Positions 52,480 through 64,000 of a stretch of DNA of 64,000 nucleotides are shown here, one piece after another. Numbering within the stretch: the stretch's first letter is position 1; the number at the start of each line of letters is the position of its first letter. The position numbers and the translations under genes were made by a program. The DNA comes from Caecitellus pseudoparvulus. Its lineage: Eukaryota; Protista; Bigyra: Bicosoecida. The notes below the pieces were generated by a model that did no database searches, had not been told where the DNA came from, and saw only the letters and a program-made list of their open reading frames with translations. The DNA is taken from NCBI GenBank assembly GCA_965644315.1, contig CBFFRQ010000069.1, positions 1,390,439 to 1,454,438 on the forward strand, written 5' to 3'.

Positions 52480-55341
52480 ATGGGTTGTGCTGGCTCCAAG
52501 CCCACCCAACCAGTCCAGGGCAGGGACTCCCGCTCAGCTTTGCGGGGCCCCAGCCCAGACCTCACCTCTGAGCACCACGTCGTTGCTTCTGACAGCTCCA
52601 AGGGCGCTGACAGCAAGACGCGAGTGCACAAACTGCGAGTGTCGGTGGGCAGCGTTTCTGGTCTAGCCTCCCTCAACAACTACGTGGTGGTGAGCCACCG
52701 AGACCTGGGCGCCCGGACACGTGTAGTGTACGGCAGCAAGTCGCCAGCTTTTAACGAGGTCGTGGACATTGTCACCGTGCACGAGCCGAGGGACGTCGAT
52801 GTCTCAGTGCGCACGTACAATGTGAGGCTGGTTGGGCGATGGCTCAGGAGCGGTAATTGCATGCACGCTCCCGGCGCTTCCCCTCTCGCAGCGCCTCCGC
52901 AAGGACCATACCATCGGAAGGGTCAAGCTGCCCCTGCCGGAGGACCTGTTTTCTGACACCATTAGCAGCAAGACAGTCGTGAGTGCTCGTGCCGCGTGTG
53001 GCAGGTGTGGAGCATGCTCAGCTTCACGCGCTGCCACGCCAAGTCGCAGACTGCTCCCATCCAAGACTCTGAAGGCAGGCAGCGCGGGGAGGTGAAGTTG
53101 GTGCTTTCTGGCATTCGCCTCGTGGGCCAGCGCTGGCACCTGCAGCACGAGTTATCCTACGCCAACACGCTTGGCTTGTTGTCCATGCACGTCAAGTCTG
53201 GGCACCTGTCGCCAGAGCTGGCTGCTTCCGGTGTGTGTAGGCCGTGATTGCGCCGAGCCACGCCCTCCCCCCGCTGAGCACCACGCCCCCCCATTCTCAC
53301 AGTTGGCAAGGGCAAGGTCTCTGCGCTGCGGCCTGCTGTCGTGGTGCAGCTGGCTGGCAACGAGTTCCGCACAGGCTCAACCACAGTGCACTCCAGCGAC
53401 AGCGGCGTGAATGTGGAGTGGGGCCAGGCTGCGCGCACGTGGGTGCAGGCCGAATCGGCTCGGCATGTCCTGCGCATCCTGCTCATGCAAAGGGACAAGA
53501 AGGGTGCTGGGAGTCGTCTCTTGGCCGCCGGCAGTCTGTCTGTTCAGGACGTCCTCTCCTGCCACGGCGAGACGCTGACCGTCCGCCTCGCTCGGGCGGA
53601 CGCCAAGGACCTGTCCACAGACGCCCTGCTGTCCAAGTGGAAGGTCATGCAGCGCAGCGCTGCGTCAGGACCAGGCAGCCCAGCGCCAGGCAGTGCCACG
53701 CCAGGGCAGGCGCCCCGCTCGGCGGAGGTCACCCCTGCTGCTGCTGCCGCCGCTGCCACTGCCGCTGTTGCAGCTTCCGAAGTCAAAGAGGAGGATGCGA
53801 CCTTCTCACAGCCGGAAGACGTGATGTTCGAGGACGGGGAGCCGGTGGTGGCGACGGTGCAAGTGAAGTTCTCCTTCAGCACCAAGGCAGAGGCGGAGGC
53901 GTGGTTCATGCGCAGCCTGATGGATCAGTTTGACACGGACGGCGACGGCAAGCTGAGCGTGGAGGAGCTGGCGGGCATGCTGACCGTGCTGACCAGCGCC
54001 TTCCCTGGGGATGGAGCGGGGGACAAGGCAGCTGCTGACGCCGTGCGAGGCGAGGCAGGGCGCTTGATGGCCATGCTGGACACCTCCGGGGACCAGCAGG
54101 TGGACGAGGGGGAGGTCATGGCCATCTTGCGCAGCACAGAGTTCCAGACGGGCCCCTTTGGGTACAGCATTTTGAACTTCCTTGCAGACGGCTATGAGGC
54201 GCGGCACGCGCTGATGAACCTGCATCCCATCGTGCGCAAGGCGGGGGAGTCCGCTGCCGGCGCAGACATGGTGACGGTGTCGGCGGGGGGCGTGTCCACC
54301 GTGGACAGGGATGGCCTCATGGTGTTCGACGACGCGACGGGCATCACGGTGCGGGAGCACATCCCCGGCTACGTCAAGGCGGCCCTGGACGTCGCGTACA
54401 AGGGCCTCTTCGACTCCACCGCCTTCGTGCAGAGCAGCGCCATGCGCGCCATGCTGCGAGCCATGACGGTGAAGGAGGGCAAGCACATGAACAGCCCTGC
54501 GTCGGCGGCAGAGATCCCGGACTTCGTCAGCGCGCACCGCCTGAACACGGAGGAGATCCGGGACCCCCTGGACTCCTTCAAAACCTTCAATGAGTTCTTC
54601 TACCGCAAGCTGAAGCCGGAGGCACGCCCCATCGCCGCGCCAGGGGACCCCGCCGTTGCCGTGTCTCCCGCTGACTGCCGCTTGGTGGCGTTCCCCTTCC
54701 TGCACGAAGCGACGAGTTTGTGGGTGAAGGGCGCCGCCTTCACCATCGACACGCTGCTGGGGCCGGAGCTGGCAGAGGAGGCGCCCAATTTCTACGGCGG
54801 TTCCCTGGTTATTGCGCGCCTGGCGCCACAGGACTACCACCGGTGGCACATGCCCGTCACCGGCACACTGCGCAAGCCAGTGCCCATTGCGGGGGACCTG
54901 TTCACGGTGAACCCCATCGCCATTCGCCGGGCAGTGAATGTGTACACGGAGAACAAGCGCATCGTGTGCTTGGTGGACACAGAGCACTTTGGCACGGTGG
55001 CCATGGTGGCGGTGGGTGCCACCATGGTGGGCAGCATCAACCTCACAACTCCGCCCGAGGGTGGGCCGGTGGAGAAGGGCCAAGAGCACGGGTACTTTGC
55101 CTTTGGTGGCAGCACTGTGCTGGTGCTGTTCCAGCCCAAGAGCATCTGGCTGGACGACGGCATCGTCCGGCGCAGCCGCTTGCCCATGGAAACGCTGGTG
55201 CAGATGGGTCGAGCCATTGGCGTGCCATACGCGCAGCGGCCGACAGCTGCCTCGGCAGGGGCAGCCTTGCCTCAGTCTACAGCTGCGCAGGAAGGCAAGG
55301 CGTCCGGCGAGGGGAAGGAAGGCGGAGAGGGCAAGGAGTAA
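52480..55341 (+). CDS. PSD2: Phosphatidylserine decarboxylase, PSD2 type, with C2 domains and EF-hands
   Basis: FKTFNEFFYRKLKPEARPI, SPADCR, RLAPQDYHRWH, VGATMVGSI, autocleavage motif FAFGGST. EF-hands DTDGDGKLSVEE and DTSGDQQVDEGE; C2-like 5' exons. Confidence 0.93.
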
Positions 55342-55500
55342 GCGAGGGGGGCGGACGCTGCGGGCACTTGTACCGGGAGGCAAAAACCGACGGTTGTCAA
55401 ATCGTAAACCACTCAGTAGACCGGCTCCTGCACACAGTTGCAGGTAGTGCCCGTGCGCTGTAGAGATCAATTCAGCCCACCCTCCCTTCGCGGTGGGGGC

Positions 55501-57519
55501 ATGGCAGCTGCCGTTGCTTGCTCACGCACGATGGCTGCTGCCGAGAGTGTGCACGCCAGCCCTCCGCCTGGCCCCTCGGAGTCTCCCGAGGCGCACGCGG
55601 GGCAGCTGCGCATCGCCATGATCGGGAATGTCGACTCAGGCAAGAGCACCCTCACTGGGTGCCTCACTCGTGGAGTGACGGACGACGGGCGCGGTGCCGC
55701 ACGGGCTCACGTGAGGCCAGCGCCAGGAGCGTGGAGAGTGCCCACAGAACTGAGCCTGCCACGCGCAATGCGCAGGTCTTCCGGCACCGCCACGAGGCTG
55801 AGAACGGGCGAACATCCAGTGTGGGAGTTGAAGTCATGGTGCGTAGACTAGGGCGCTGTGGATTCTCCTTGTGGGGGTGCTGCAGGCGTGGATTCTCGCC
55901 CGATGCGCCTGCACTTCACCACGCCGACATCGCACGTGCCGTGGCCTGCGTTTCGCAGGGCTTCGCTGGGGATGACATCGTGAAGGTGGACTCCAAGGCT
56001 GGGCGCGCCAAGGTCTTCCAGACGATCAAGGCTGAGTCGGACCGCGTGCGTGGCTGGGCAGGCTGTGCTGTGGCAGGCTTCTTCTCACCCTCTTCACCCA
56101 GTCGGTTTCTTCACGCGCCCCCCTCGCAGAGCATCACGTTCATCGACTTGTGCGGCCACGAGAAGTACCTCAAGACGACCATCTTCGGTCTGACAGTGAG
56201 TGCAGCGCGGCTGTGGCCCTGCAGAGACCTCGCGTCGCACAGGGACACATGGCGTTTCGCTCGCGTTGCTCGCGCAGGGCATGATGCCAGACTATGGCCT
56301 GGTGGTGGTGGGCGGGAACATGGGTGTCAGCCGCATGACGCGTGAGCATGTGGGCATCGCAGCCGCACTGCGCGTGCCCCTCATCGTCGCCGTGACCAAG
56401 GTGGACCTCGCACCTGCCGGCGTGCTGAAGAAGACGCTTGCTTCTGTCAACAAGTTGCTCAAGGCCGCTCGCAAGATGCCGTACCTCGTGCGCACGGAGG
56501 ACAACGTGAACAAGGCAGCCTCCACCATCCTCACCGCCCGCATCACGCCGGTGTTCCTGGTGTCCAACGTGTCGGGGCAGGGCCTTGACATGCTGCGCAG
56601 CCTGCTTCGCCGCCTGCCCCACCGCGTCGGCAGCAGTGCCGCACAGGGCGGCGAGGCGCCGGCACCCCCTGGACTGGTGGAGTTCTCCACGGCGTCTGCT
56701 GCGGAGACGTCCTCGGAGGTGGTGGCGCCACCCCCCGTGCCGGCGGCGTCCCCCGCCCCTGGCGCATCCCCCACTCTCCCGCCCGGCGTGTCCCCTGAGG
56801 GTGAGGCCGTCATCGACTCCGTGTTCAACGTCCCAGGTGTGGGCACCGTCGTTGCAGGCACTGTCGTGAAGGGCGCCATCACTTCCGGCAGCACCATGCT
56901 GCTGGGCCCTGACGGCACTGGACACTTCCAGCCTGTTGTGGTGCGCAGCATCCACGTGCAGTACACCGGCACCGACGTAGCGCTACCCGGTGGCTCTGCC
57001 GCCTTCGCCATCCGCCCCAAGGGCAAGGGCAAGCTGGGCGGTGACAGGCGCAAGATGTGGGTGAAGAAGGGAATGGCGCTCGTGCACCCCGCCCTGGCCC
57101 CCGCTTCGTCCTGGGAGTTTGAGGCTGAGGTGCTAATTTTGCACCACCAGACCACCCTGGGCGTGGGGTACGCCCCCGTCATGCACGTCGGCGTCGTGAC
57201 GCAGTCCGCCCGCATCGTCTCCATGCGCAGCCGTGAGGGGGAAGCTCTCACAACCCTGCGCACAGGTGACCGTGCCATCATGCGCTGCCGGTTCCAGTAC
57301 CGCCCAGAGTTTGTGCGAGAGGGCAACGCGCTGCTCTTCCGTGAGGGGCGTGCCAAGGGCGTCGGGCGCATTACAGGCGTCTTTGCGGACGCAGGGGAGC
57401 TCTCGGAGCCCCCTGGCAGTGACCCCTCCAAGGCACAGGCGGCCAAGGCGGCACGCGCGTCGGAAGTGGCGCCAGCTGCAGCTGCTGCCAAGAGTCCCGA
57501 GGGAAGGATACGAAGCTAG
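55501..57519 (+). CDS. GTP-binding protein 1/2 (translational GTPase family)
   Basis: [26 protein letters not shown]...[25 protein letters not shown]-Tu-like domains [16 protein letters not shown]. Several introns; start may instead be 55531. Confidence 0.92.
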
Positions 57520-57575
57520 AACCGCCTGGTCTAGCGTTTGAGCTCCGCAAATGCATGCATTGCGGCCTGCTGCGC

Positions 57576-58231
57576 TCACCCTCGTCGAGCTCGTTTTGAG
57601 CGTTTCGGCGGTGCTGCAGGTGCGCCTTCCCCCTCCTCCTCCGCCACTTCTTCCTGCTGGCCACCCGATGCATGCCCGTCGCCCAAGGCGGAAGGAGCAG
57701 CACTTGCCACTGCTGGAGCATGCGCAGGTGTTTCAGCGGAAGCTAGTTGGGGTGGAAACATGACGTCTGCCACCTCCTGCACGAGGCTCTCAGCGCTCTC
57801 CGGGCCTTCGAAGCGGTCATCTGCATCCAAGACCACGGCCAGCATGTCGGGGCGCACTGTCACTGGCAGGTTCACCCAATTCAGCTCCTCTGCCTCCGTC
57901 AGCAGCGTGCCTGCCGAGCGTGCTCGAGCCCGCAGCAGACTCAGTGCAGCAGCCACAGACGCACGGGTCTGGGAGGCCACCCTCAGCGACCTCAAGTGCT
58001 TCAGAGCCTGTGTCAGGTGGGGAAGCCAGCATTGCATGGCGGGCGGTGGTGGCGAGCGAGACTAGCCTCGCTCACTTTTGCCTCAACCCATCTGCACTCC
58101 TTGGTTGGTGTGAAGTTTCCCTCGCGGCGCTTGTGCAGCGCTTTGCTTGCAGCTCGGGCCTTGCGACGGGCGGCAAGCAGCTCCATGACCTCCACGTTGG
58201 CCAGGCGCTGCTCGCCCGGCAGCAGCTCCAT
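57576..58231 (-). CDS. RNA polymerase III subunit RPC9/C17 (Rpb4 family)
   Basis: LANVEVMELL N-terminal motif; ECRWVEAK|ALKHL across intron 58008-58075; LTEAEELNWVNL...DADDRF HRDC-like C-region. Confidence 0.7.
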
Positions 58232-58621
58232 GCTTGCGGGTGCTGGGGCGTGGGCTGCGGCTGGGCTGCAGGTGCGGAATTTGCCTACACCCCACTCCAA
58301 CCCACACCGGCGCTGGCGGCTTCTCAGGCTGCGATGCACAAAGAGGGAGTCCAGCAGGCACTGAAAACAGGTGTGGTTGGTCCAGCTCGCAGCTCGACCT
58401 GTTCTGATTTTGTTTGGCAGCCAGAAGCTGCCGTTCCAGGGGCTCGGTGAAACACTTTGCTTGCCCACCTTTGCGTTGCAATTCGCCACCCTGAGCACAT
58501 CCACACCACACGTCAGTCAACCGTACTTCACGCCCCCTTGGCGTGCAGCCCCACTGCCCTGCAAGCAGCCCCCTAGGCTGCCCACACGCCCGTCCCGACG
58601 CCTGGGCCAGATCCAGCAGAC

Positions 58622-60264
58622 ATGTCCCAGAGCGGAGGAGGCATGGGCAAGTCCTCCCTTGACCAGGAGGCGCTGCTCGCCCATGACGATGCCATTGTCC
58701 CAGAGGAAGACAAGGGGCCGAAGAAGCCCGACAACAAGTCCAACACTCGCGCACTGCTGATTGGCTTCGCCGCCATGTGCCTTGCTGTGCGTGTTCGCGA
58801 GCGTTGGCGAGCTCGGTGAAGTGCACCAGGGCGCCCTATGCCCGCACCTGTCGCCCTGCCCTGTGCCTCCCACGCAGAGTTTGGGGAACCAGATTTTCAG
58901 GGTGCTCCAGCTGGAACCTTTGCAGCGGTATGCGCTGTTCAGCAACCTGATTAGCACGTGCGTTGCAGCACGCAGTTCGCTGGCCTTGGCCATTGCTGCA
59001 GCGCTCTTCTTCGCTGGCGCGCAGGTTTGTGTACATCCCGACATCCTTCTTGTACATCGCACTGGTGTGGAAGTATGGCACGTCCATCACGCCAGAGGCA
59101 GCTGCGGTGCCAAAGTACAAGTTTGCCATCATGGGCTGCCTGGACTCCTTGTCTGGCATCATGCAGGTGCTGTCCATCGCACTCATCAACAACGGCTCCC
59201 TGGTCACCCTGCTCATGCAGAGCGCCATCCCGTTCAGCATGATCATCTCCCGCCTGGTCCTGGGCACGCGGTACACCGCAGCCCAGTACTCTGGTGCGGC
59301 CGTCGTGGTCATGGGCCTGGTCATCGTGCTGCTGCCCAGTTTCATTCACCCGGCAGAAGGCGGCGGCAAGAACACCATCGTCTGGTGCATCGTCCTCATG
59401 CTGTCCTGTGTCCCCATGGCTCTCTCCTCTGTATACAAGGAGATGAACCTGGACGATGTCGACATCGATGTCGTGTACCTGAACGGCTGGGTGGCCATCT
59501 TCCAGCTGGTGGCCGCTGTGCCCCTGCTGTACCCCTCTGGCATCGCGTCGGGAGTCAAGCCGGCAGACATCTGGGAGAACGTCTACCACGGCTTGCTGTG
59601 CTACGGCGGCATCAACAGCGTGCACGAGACGATTGACGGCATCCCGCCCGACGACTGCAAGTCTGCTGCGTTCTACCTTTCCGTCTACCTCGTCTTCAAC
59701 TTGGCGTACAACATCCTCATCATCTACCTCCTCAAGTTCGGCGGCAGCAACAGTGAGTTGCAGGCGACCTCCCTGCGCTGGGCATGGCAGCTGCGCACCC
59801 CCCCCGCGTTCCCCCCTCTTCTCGCAGTTCTGTGGCTCTCCATCACCTTCACCGTGCCCCTGGTCAACGTGGCCTTTGCCCTGCCATTCATGCCCAACCA
59901 CAAGACCCTCACCTGGGAGAACTGGGTGGGCCTGGTCCTCATCATGGGCGGCCTGATCGTGTACCGCTTCTGGGACAAGCTGGCAAAGTCATACTGCCCT
60001 GCGTGGGCCTGCGCCAAGCCCAAGGAGGAGAAGAAGACCACCGACTTGGGCCGAGGGGAATCCCCAGGTGGCGTGTCTTTGTCTGGCAACATCGGGCAGC
60101 CTCTCCTGGATGATGATGGCTTGGTGGCCCTGGGCGACGCGCAGCCTTCTCCTGGCACCCCTGGCGGAGTCGCCACGCCTGGCCGTGGTTCTCTGCTGCA
60201 CGTGCAGCGCACACGCCGTGGAGGTCCCAAGGGCAGTGTCAACACTTCAGAAGCACCCTATTGA
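58622..60264 (+). CDS. CRT-like (chloroquine resistance transporter family, DMT superfamily) transporter
   Basis: About 10 TM; FVYIPTSFLYI, KYKFAIMGCLD, QSAIPFSMIIS, LSSVYKE, Cys-containing loop, FNLAYNILII. N-terminal dileucine-like DQEALL. Three probable introns. Confidence 0.88.
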
Positions 60265-60394
60265 TCAATGCACAACGTGCGTTGGTCGTCGCTTGCAATG
60301 GTGCGCCCAAAGTTGGCTCGCGGGCGCCACCTGCCAGCTCTGCGCCCTGTACAGAACTTCATAAATGTTGAACAAATCACATCTCGCATGAAAT

Positions 60395-60467
60395 ACCTTG
60401 CTAGCTCAGTTGGTAGAGCGTACGACTCTTAATCGTACGGTCACGGGATCGAGACCCGTGTGAGGTG
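60395..60467 (+). tRNA. tRNA-Lys (anticodon CTT)
   Basis: Full cloverleaf: acceptor ACCTTGC/GTGAGGT, D arm GCTC/GAGC, anticodon arm TACGA-CTCTTAA-TCGTA, T arm ACGGG-ATCGAGA-CCCGT; 73 nt. Confidence 0.93.
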
Positions 60468-60468
60468 C

Positions 60469-60474
60469 TTTTTT
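60469..60474 (+). terminator. RNA polymerase III oligo-T terminator
   Basis: TTTTTT run 2 nt after the tRNA discriminator base. Confidence 0.85.
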
Positions 60475-60643
60475 CGCTCACCCTTCACTCTGCCTTATTT
60501 CGCAGTGGCAAAACACCACCCCCCGCCCGTTGCCAGGTGGACTTTTTATGGGGGCATTCCTACCTTGCACAGCTTGCTCCAATGGATCGACATGGGCCTT
60601 CTTCGATTGAGATGCCGGCGCACACCGTCACTGGAAGTCGGCC

Positions 60644-60980
60644 CACTAGTAATTTACGTCTTCGAACCCTCCCTGGCGTAGTGAGAAAATGCACATTAGT
60701 GCGCTGAACTTGAAAAAATGATTGACTAGTGTTGGTGCCAGTGCGAGTTTTCACACGGTCGGCTGTGCTAGTGCCAAGTCTGCGCTAGTGAAGTGCACGG
60801 CGTGCATCACTGGGTTGATCTTGCTAGTGTGACCAGGATTTGCCAAAACTGTTCAACACTGATTTCTCTAGGGGTAGGTTGTGCGCTAGCGCGCTAGACC
60901 TTTGCGAAGCGTCGCTAGTGTGAGCGGGGTTGAGAGCTGGTGCAGGGTCAGCTGTACTAGTGCGAGAGCTGTACTAGTAA
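60644..60980. repeat. Degenerate array of (A/G)CTAGT-type motifs, left
   Basis: About 11 CTAG cores in ~340 bp, including AGCTGTACTAGT twice (60950, 60967). CTAG is sparse in the genic part of the window. Confidence 0.7.
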
Positions 60981-62046
60981 GGAGACCTGCCTCCAGCTGC
61001 TGTTATGGCAACACACCCACACTACTGAGCATGAAGCTGGCGGGGCCGCCGACTCTGTGCACCCTCTCCTTCGTTATTTCAAGCCATGCACGCTTCCTCT
61101 TTGGGCCGTGATGGTGTTAGTGGTCTGGGGGGTGCCCTGCGTCGACTGGCGTTGCGTTTCGCTGCTGGCCAACGCCTTCACAACGCCTGCCCCAGGGGGG
61201 CCGGGCGGGACTCCTACCTCATCCCCGGCACCCAGTATACCCATCATCACCTAGCTTTAGGTACGGCATGTCCCATTGCCCTGCGATGGTCTTTCAGGAA
61301 GGTCTGAGCGAGCGCCGCCCAAAGCAGCGTCTGGCCCAAACAGCTCTGTGACAAGGTGAAACGCCACGTGCTGAATTTCAGCCTGTGCAGCCGGTGCCGC
61401 ATGGCAGGAACGGTGCATGCCCCAGATAGCGAACCTACCCTCCCATGGGTCATGGGTGCGTGCTGGGCTTCGGGCAATGCGGGCGGGTGGCCCCCACTTC
61501 TCGCTCCTGCATTTCCTGGCTTTCTCCACATCCCAGCGTTGCACCCACTTCCAGCCCTGAACCTGCCGGCATTGCTGCGCACTCACCCCAAACGTTCACC
61601 ATGTCACTCACATTCCCCATGGGGGACCTCCACAGCGAGGAGGGAGCCCAATGGCAAGGGCCGAATTCACTGGTGCAGGCGCTCATCTCTGCGATGCTGC
61701 CCGCCTGCTCAACTGCAGCAAGGCCGCCAGCGCTGTGATGACTCGGAAGCGTCCACTAAGTGTGGTACCTTCGTCTTCCAGAGCTATCAGCCGTGCTGCC
61801 GCCGTCGTTGAGACGCCTTTGATCCTACAAGGTGACGATGGTGCGGGCAGCTTCCCGCTGCGTGTGTGACGCTCACGCCTCCACCCACCTTTCCCCCTGA
61901 AATCGTCTGCAGCCGAGACGGCCACTTTCACATCTTTATGTAACAAAGATCTCGTTGGCGCAGCTGCTATTGGTAGTATCGCCGCTAAAGCTGCCCGTCC
62001 TTGCCTGTCAAACGGCTGCTGATGCCACAGCGATCGACGAGTTGCG

Positions 62047-63719
62047 TTGCAGAAGGCTAACGCCAACGCCAACGCCAACGCCAACCCAGAAGCCCTCATG
62101 GCAGAGGCGATGGCCGACTGCAGGCCTGTCAAGGCACCCAAGCCGCTTGATGTCGCAGAGGAAGTTGTTTCGCTGCTGGAGATGGCCACGTTTTCGGGTA
62201 CTCCTCTCCAACAAGCGATTGTCAAGGCGATGCGCAGCATGTTTGTGTGCTCTGCAACCGACAGGCCCTACCTCCACCGCGCAGCTGGTATGGGACAGGC
62301 GAGGATGTCCCATTTGGAGGACGCAGTGTCTCCAGCGGCGAAGGCGCAGGAGACGAAGACCTCCAAGAAGCATGCTGCGCATGCCAGAGACCACCTTGCT
62401 GCTATCCTGGAGAAGGAGACCGACGCCGACCCAGTTCCATGGGCCCCAAAGTTCAGGGCAGAAGCCCTCCGCATCGGAGTCGGCCTGATTCATAAAATCC
62501 CCAACTTCATCTTCGCTGACGCCAAAGTCTTGGTCGACACCCTGTAGGCAGCAATCAACACTGTCGCCTCCGAGCAGGTTCCTCCCCTCCAGGTGGTTGA
62601 AGACTTGGAGGAAGACGGGGAACAGCCAGATGCACATGACTCGAACCCTGCTCAGCATGACACCAACTTCTCTTCGCCATGGCAGAGTATGTGCCTCGAA
62701 AGTGTGCGAGCAGGAGCGAACAAGGCCTCTCTGCAAGAGGAGATGGCCGAGCAGGGTAGTGTGCTTCGTGCTCTGGAGGACATGGTGTCGGTCAGCAAGC
62801 ATGCAAAATATGCAGGTCTCGCAAAGACACTGAAGAGTGCCAGCAACAAGTGCCGCGCGAAGATCACGAGGTGAGTGGACGGAAGGTGCCTGTCGTGCCT
62901 GCGCAGCACAGGATGGTGCACTCCTGGAGCTCTGTTCAGTGTGGAGTGCCTGGGAAGTTTTGGGGCGTGGAACGAGATGAAGAGGAAGTACAATCCTGTT
63001 CAAGAGAAGTGCACTGGAGGGGCGGCTGGTCGGTCTGACCACAGCATGACCCTGTTCGAGGTGTCATCCGAGGATCCCGAATACCGCCACAGCTGGGTGC
63101 CCAAGGTGTGTATGGGTATGCCTGTAGACCGGCTGGGGCGAAGCTGTGTCCAGTTGCTGCTTCTCCACCATAGTTCTTCGTGCCGCAGGTCAGGGGCAAA
63201 AGAAGGACATCCGACCGCTTCAGTCAGCGTGCATCCGTGCTGGAGGTGGACGTTTGCCGCTCTCGCATCATTGGAGACGACTCCATCAAGGCTGTCTTCG
63301 AGTGCCCACCCATCGGAGGATCGGGTGCCGCCTGCACACGGTACGGCCCCAGCCTCGATTGATTGGAAGAGGCCCTTCGCGGCCCGGAAGTTGTCGCCAC
63401 AGGGGCTCGTGCTGTCTTGGGGTGGATGGAGGCTGTGTACAAAGTCGCTGTCAACTGCTTGAACATCAAGAACAAGCAATGGGTGGTTGGTTGTGGGGAC
63501 CTGGGCGTCCTCACCCCCGCCGACAAGAAGCGTGCGTCCTGCATGTTGGCCATGGTGTGGACGTCCCTCCGCATGAAGCACCATGTACACACGGAGCTGG
63601 TCGGGCTCTCTCGTCGCCTCGTGTCCGCTTTGGGCTGTTGCTCTTTGGCTTGGTATTGGTGCCGGAGCATTGAAGCTGAAGTGCTTGTGGTCATTGAACG
63701 GCTTTACAGGTGTTGTTGA
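62047..63719 (+). pseudogene. Interrupted unknown gene (possibly element-borne; may start near 61651)
   Basis: In-frame ORF pairs 62047-62547/62593-62874 and 63180-63362/63363-63719 are each split by one stop (TAG 62545, TGA 63360). Plausible introns at 62871 and 63107; AATGCA follows the last stop. Both stops could instead lie in weak-donor introns. Confidence 0.35.
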
Positions 63720-63751
63720 ATGCATGTGGGTCACGGCAGGCTGGCCCTACT

Positions 63752-64000
63752 TTACTAGTAAAGGATGTGCTACTAGGAGGAAGTGCTGCTTGCGGGAGCG
63801 CTAGTAGTGCCCAGGGCAGCTGCGCGCACTAGTAGCGCTCCCAGCACGCGGAAATTCACTAGTGCGAGGCTCCGCCACCACCTCTCACTAGTGCAGGCCT
63901 GGAGATGCATTCTCACTAGGAGCGCAGAACCTCCTCTCAAAAATACTAATATGACCTTTGAACTCTGGTGAAAAAGCACGCGTCAAAACTCTGCTAGCGG
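63752..64000. repeat. Degenerate array of (C)ACTAG(T) motifs, right (runs to the window edge)
   Basis: About 8 CTAG cores in 250 bp, e.g. TACTAGTA, CACTAGTAG, TCACTAGTG twice, TCACTAGG. Confidence 0.7.

Noticed and set aside
60644-60980. CRISPR array or telomeric repeat
   Set aside because: Motifs are 4-12 bp, degenerate and irregularly spaced; no constant repeat-spacer period, no tandem telomere unit, no cas genes, eukaryotic context.
60480-64000. Endogenous virophage/Polinton or retrotransposon
   Set aside because: No strong AT-rich shift and no capsid, integrase, tyrosine recombinase or reverse transcriptase motifs recognised within the window.

Overview
Compact, GC-rich eukaryotic nuclear DNA. 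It is not prokaryotic: genes carry short GT-AG introns of about 60-140 nt and intergenic gaps run from 9 bp to about 1.8 kb, with one pair of overlapping CDS ends. Gene content (TTLL9, EF-hand/WD40 ciliary-type protein, CRT-like transporter, Cys-rich multi-TM surface proteins) suggests a flagellated heterotrophic protist, possibly a stramenopile; this is inference. I can support about 22 protein genes: DLD, GBP-family GTPase, TPR-TM protein, DHX15/Prp43, SPCS3, SRP54, EF-hand/WD40 protein, an unknown 2-TM protein, RecQ, two large head-to-head surface receptors, two orphans, ACOX, a Tae4-like protein, TTLL9, CCDC6-like, thioesterase, PSD2, GTPBP1/2, RPC9 and CRT-like. There is also one tRNA-Lys(CTT) and an atypical terminal 3.5 kb. 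Highlights: (1) a eukaryote-embedded homologue of the bacterial T6SS peptidoglycan amidase Tae4 whose catalytic Cys is replaced by Ser; (2) an AATGCA hexamer just downstream of 12 of 22 stop codons, a candidate non-canonical 3'-end signal; (3) a two-gene cassette bracketed by a ~360-bp direct repeat of a convergent gene junction, whose coding differences are synonymous; (4) a giant 7x C-type-lectin/mucin/multi-TM receptor; (5) a tRNA-adjacent segment flanked by CTAG-rich arrays. All family calls are by-eye motif recognition with no database search; exon boundaries are manual predictions.
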